Below, piece after piece: positions 60,918-64,000 of a stretch of 64,000 bases of DNA (its first letter is position 1; each line of letters starts with the position of its first letter). The stretch is from positions 1,120,001 to 1,184,000 of the forward strand of contig OZ244188.1 of NCBI GenBank assembly GCA_965216635.1. Direction: 5' to 3'. The stretch comes from a bacterium. GTDB lineage: Bacteria; SAR324; XYD2-FULL-50-16; G965216635. Under the pieces are notes generated by a model. It did no database searches. It had not been told where the DNA came from and saw nothing but the letters and a program-made list of their open reading frames with translations. The position numbers and the translations under genes are program-made.

Positions 60918-60945
60918 AGACTTTTGAATTAGACATTCTAGCCAA
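60918..60945. mobile_element. Left-end fragment of the element
   Basis: agacttttgaattagacattctagcc immediately after the stop codon. Confidence 0.7.
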
Positions 60946-60965
60946 AATGAAATCGTATATACGAT

Positions 60966-61682
60966 ATGAATTCAAAAACAATATCAAAAAAATTACCAAA
61001 AAAATTATCAGAAAAATTATTAATCGCAATAGATGGTCCAGCAGGAGTCGGAAAAAGCACAGTAGCTCGCCTAATAGCCCAAAAATTGAATATTATTCAT
61101 CTGGACTCGGGAGCTTTGTATCGCTCATTGACCTACTTGGGACTAAATAAAAGTATTCCACCGAAATTTATCCCTAAGTATCTCAAAAATAATTCTTCTA
61201 TTTTTCAATTTTCCTACAAAAATAATGCTCAGCAAATTTTCATTAAAGGAGAATCTGCCGAACAGAAAATCCGTGATATTTCCATTACTCAAACTATAAA
61301 GATGTTTGCTGAATCCCCTGAATGCAGATCGTGGGTTAATTCTTTAATGCAAAAAATTTCAAAAACATACTCTTTAGTGGTAGATGGAAGAGATATAGGA
61401 ACAGCTGTATTTCCAGAGGCAGATTTTAAGTTTTACTTAGATGCCTCTATTGAAATTCGTGCTCAAAGAAGGGCAATAGAGAAAAATATTTCTTTAGATG
61501 GTTCCGAATTTGAGTTTCTAAAAAAAGAAATTCAGACGCGAGATACAAACGATAAAAATAGAGTTTTAGCTCCTTTAGCGAAAGCAAAGGACGCTGTCTA
61601 TTTGGATAGTTCTGAGATGGAACAGGAACAGGTAGTAAAATTTTTTTTGGATAAAATTCAAAACCCAAAATTATTGCATTAA
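60966..61682 (+). CDS. cmk: Cytidylate kinase
   Basis: IAIDGPAGVGKST, LDSGALYR, DGRDIGTAVFPEA. Confidence 0.94.
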   Translation: MNSKTISKKLPKKLSEKLLIAIDGPAGVGKSTVARLIAQKLNIIHLDSGALYRSLTYLGLNKSIPPKFIPKYLKNNSSIFQFSYKNNAQQIFIKGESAEQKIRDISITQTIKMFAESPECRSWVNSLMQKISKTYSLVVDGRDIGTAVFPEADFKFYLDASIEIRAQRRAIEKNISLDGSEFEFLKKEIQTRDTNDKNRVLAPLAKAKDAVYLDSSEMEQEQVVKFFLDKIQNPKLLH

Positions 61683-61733
61683 CATTCTGTTTAAAATTAT
61701 GCTGTATTTTTTAAAAAATACTCCAAAGTAAAG

Positions 61734-62699
61734 ATGAAAAAAAAATTAACTATCATTCTTGCAAATCCAAGAAGTTTTTGTGCAGGAGTAGTCCGCGCTA
61801 TAGACATAGTAGAAAAAGCATTAGAAGTTTATGGAACGCCTATTTATAGCAAACACGAGATAGTTCATAACTCTTTTGTAGTGGAAAATTTACGAAAAAA
61901 AGGGGTTGTTTTTATTGAGGATTTAAACCAAGTTCCAGAAAAATCCGTAATCATTTTTTCTGCCCACGGAGTCTCTCCAGAAATTCGCAAAAAGGCAGAG
62001 CAAAGAAATTTAGAAATCATAGACGCCACCTGTCCTTTAGTGACAAAAGTTCACAAAGAAGCCCGAAGATACGCTCTCAGAGATTATGTGATTATTCTGG
62101 TAGGGCATCCAGAACATGTAGAAGTGATAGGCACCTTAGGACATGCTCCCAAGCAAACTATCGTGGTTAGCAACCTAGAGGAAATAAAAATGCTCAATAT
62201 AGCAAAAAATAGAAAAATTGCTTATATTACTCAAACCACTCTTTCCCTAGACGATACCGCAGAAATTGTAGCCGCTCTAAGAAAAAAATATCCTCAATTA
62301 GAATGCCCGTCTAAAGATGATATTTGTTATGCTACCCAAAATCGCCAAAACGCCGTTAAAGAAATGTGCAAGCGAGTAGATTTATTGATAGTTATCGGCT
62401 CTAGTATTAGCTCCAATACTTTGAGACTAGTAGAAATAGCGAAAAAGAAAAATATGCAAGTGTATCGTATAGAATCCAAAGACGAAATCAATAAAGAATG
62501 GTTTCAAAACATATCTTCTGTAGGTATTACTGCTGGAGCGTCTGCTCCTGAAGTGCTAGTCCAAGAAATTATCCAAAAAATAAGCGAAATTCGCAATATC
62601 GTTCAAGAAAACCTAAACTATATTAAGGAAAACACCTATTTTATTGTGCCTCCAAAACTAGAGAAAAAACTAGCCGAAAAAAGAGCTTCTGCTTCTTAA
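61734..62699 (+). CDS. ispH: 4-hydroxy-3-methylbut-2-enyl diphosphate reductase
   Basis: FCAGVVRAI, IVHN, DATCPLV, ICYATQNRQ, TAGASAPE. Confidence 0.97.
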   Translation: MKKKLTIILANPRSFCAGVVRAIDIVEKALEVYGTPIYSKHEIVHNSFVVENLRKKGVVFIEDLNQVPEKSVIIFSAHGVSPEIRKKAEQRNLEIIDATCPLVTKVHKEARRYALRDYVIILVGHPEHVEVIGTLGHAPKQTIVVSNLEEIKMLNIAKNRKIAYITQTTLSLDDTAEIVAALRKKYPQLECPSKDDICYATQNRQNAVKEMCKRVDLLIVIGSSISSNTLRLVEIAKKKNMQVYRIESKDEINKEWFQNISSVGITAGASAPEVLVQEIIQKISEIRNIVQENLNYIKENTYFIVPPKLEKKLAEKRASAS

Positions 62700-62713
62700 A
62701 AAATGTATAAAAT

Positions 62714-62742
62714 TTGCTTTAATATAAGATAAAGTTTATAAT
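62714..62742 (+). promoter_or_regulatory. Sigma70-type promoter
   Basis: TTGCTT-17-TATAAT upstream of the ATPase gene. Confidence 0.6.
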
Positions 62743-62772
62743 TATTATTTTATTTCAAACAGAAATCCAAAA

Positions 62773-63849
62773 ATGAATACAAAAGCAAAAATCAAAAGCC
62801 TTAAAATAAAAAATTTCCGCGGTATCAAGGAATTTGAACTAAAAGATTTAGGCAAAATCAATATTTTTGTAGGCAGAAATAGCGTTGGTAAAAGCACTAT
62901 TTTAGAATCTCTTTTTTTAATTACGGGATTAGGAGAAGCAGTAAATTTATACAGATTAGGAATTTTGAGAAAAGCACAGTTTAATAATTCTAGTGATTTT
63001 TCTATTCCTTTTTACGAACGGGATATTAACAATAAAATTAAAATAACCTTTGAAATAGAAAAAGAAAAAATCAATCTTGAAATAAACCCTATTTTTAACT
63101 CTCCACAGATTGGAGAAAAAAATATTGTAAAGATTCCTAATAACAATCAAACTGAAGAATTCTCTAACCAGCAGAAAATAAAAGGTTACGTATATTCCTT
63201 TCAAATCAATAAAAACAAATATTCTAGTATTTTTTGTGTAGATAATAATGGAGATTTAGTAGGGCAATCAGCAAAAAACTATAAACAAATTTATAGTAGT
63301 CAGATGTTTGCTGCAGAGATTAATACTGCAAGTATTCAAAAAATGATTCTTGATAACAAAAAACACGAACTCATTCAAGTGATGAAGAAAATCGTTCTTA
63401 ATATTGAAACTATGGAAGATATTTCTGGAGTAATACATATTAATATAGGGGCAGGTAAAAAACTTATTCCTATTAACTATATGGGGGATGGTTTGATTAA
63501 AATTGTAAATATTTTTGCTGTGATTAATACAATGGAAAATAATTTTGTAATTATTGACGAGGTAGAAAATGGGTTGCACTACAAATCTCAAAAATTTCTT
63601 TGGCAAATTATAGCCGAGCAGTCTTTAGAAAAAAATGTGGATTGCTTTATTTCTAGCCATAGTAAAGAAATGATGCAAGAACTCAACAAATTTCTAAAAG
63701 AAGAAGAGAACGCAAAGTATAGAGACCTATTTAAAATTCACACTCTTTTTTTGAGTAAAAAGACAGGTATTTTAAAGTCCAGTTCTTATGATTACAAAAA
63801 ATTTACAAGTTCTATAGACCGTGGGATTGAATTTAGAGGATTTCATTAG
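62773..63849 (+). CDS. ABC-type AAA_15/AAA_21 ATPase, defence-like
   Basis: IKNFRGI, GRNSVGKSTILE, MGDG, IDEVENGLH, SSHS. Confidence 0.88.
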   Translation: MNTKAKIKSLKIKNFRGIKEFELKDLGKINIFVGRNSVGKSTILESLFLITGLGEAVNLYRLGILRKAQFNNSSDFSIPFYERDINNKIKITFEIEKEKINLEINPIFNSPQIGEKNIVKIPNNNQTEEFSNQQKIKGYVYSFQINKNKYSSIFCVDNNGDLVGQSAKNYKQIYSSQMFAAEINTASIQKMILDNKKHELIQVMKKIVLNIETMEDISGVIHINIGAGKKLIPINYMGDGLIKIVNIFAVINTMENNFVIIDEVENGLHYKSQKFLWQIIAEQSLEKNVDCFISSHSKEMMQELNKFLKEEENAKYRDLFKIHTLFLSKKTGILKSSSYDYKKFTSSIDRGIEFRGFH

Positions 63850-64000
63850 ATGGATAGAATAACTATAGCTGTGGAAGGAGTAGCAGATAAAAAATTTCTA
63901 AAAGATTTTTGTAAGTTTTTGAAACTGGGTATAGCAGATGAAAATTTTTTTGTCATAGACACAAATGTTGTTAGTGGAAAAGATGATATTAAAGTTAGGG
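63850..64000 (+). CDS. TOPRIM-like (DUF3226-type) partner, 3' end outside window
   Basis: MDRITIAVEGVADKKFL begins right after the ATPase stop. Confidence 0.7.
   Translation, partial: MDRITIAVEGVADKKFLKDFCKFLKLGIADENFFVIDTNVVSGKDDIKVR

Noticed and set aside
7301..63606. Numerous short antisense or overlapping ORFs in the ORF track (e.g. 7835, 35885, 41549, 46573, 54845, 60947, 63268)
   Set aside because: They shadow well-supported genes and show no recognisable motifs.

Overview
AT-rich bacterial chromosome segment. The gene content (rbgA/ylqF, cmk-ispH, long S41 peptidase) suggests a deltaproteobacterium-like marine lineage such as SAR324; this is inference only. It carries housekeeping genes (gyrB 3' part, riboflavin synthase, murE, mgtE, probable rpoZ, aceA, queH, accA, dapD, bolA-grxD, efp, rlpA, cmk, ispH). 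A ~19 kb minus-strand catabolic block joins a DHPS/sulfolactate module (hpsKLM, hpsP-like, hpsN, suyAB) to an uncharacterised module (SDR, two SnoaL-type ester cyclases, cupin, MetE-like enzyme, alpha/beta hydrolase, RraA-type aldolase, sugar-type ABC transporter). A polyamine uptake/catabolism operon is interrupted by accessory genes, and there are one apparently intact and one decayed ABC-ATPase + TOPRIM defence-like pair. The most striking non-coding signal is a dense family of about 25 copies or fragments of a modular, palindromic, non-coding element. It has AGAC(C/T)TTTGAATT...AATTCAAA(A/G)GTCT ends and ~7-bp target duplications, and ranges from 20 to ~250 bp. It swaps internal hairpin modules, nests into itself, amplifies in tandem and supplies stop codons to several genes. 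No transposase, tRNA, rRNA or CRISPR array was seen.
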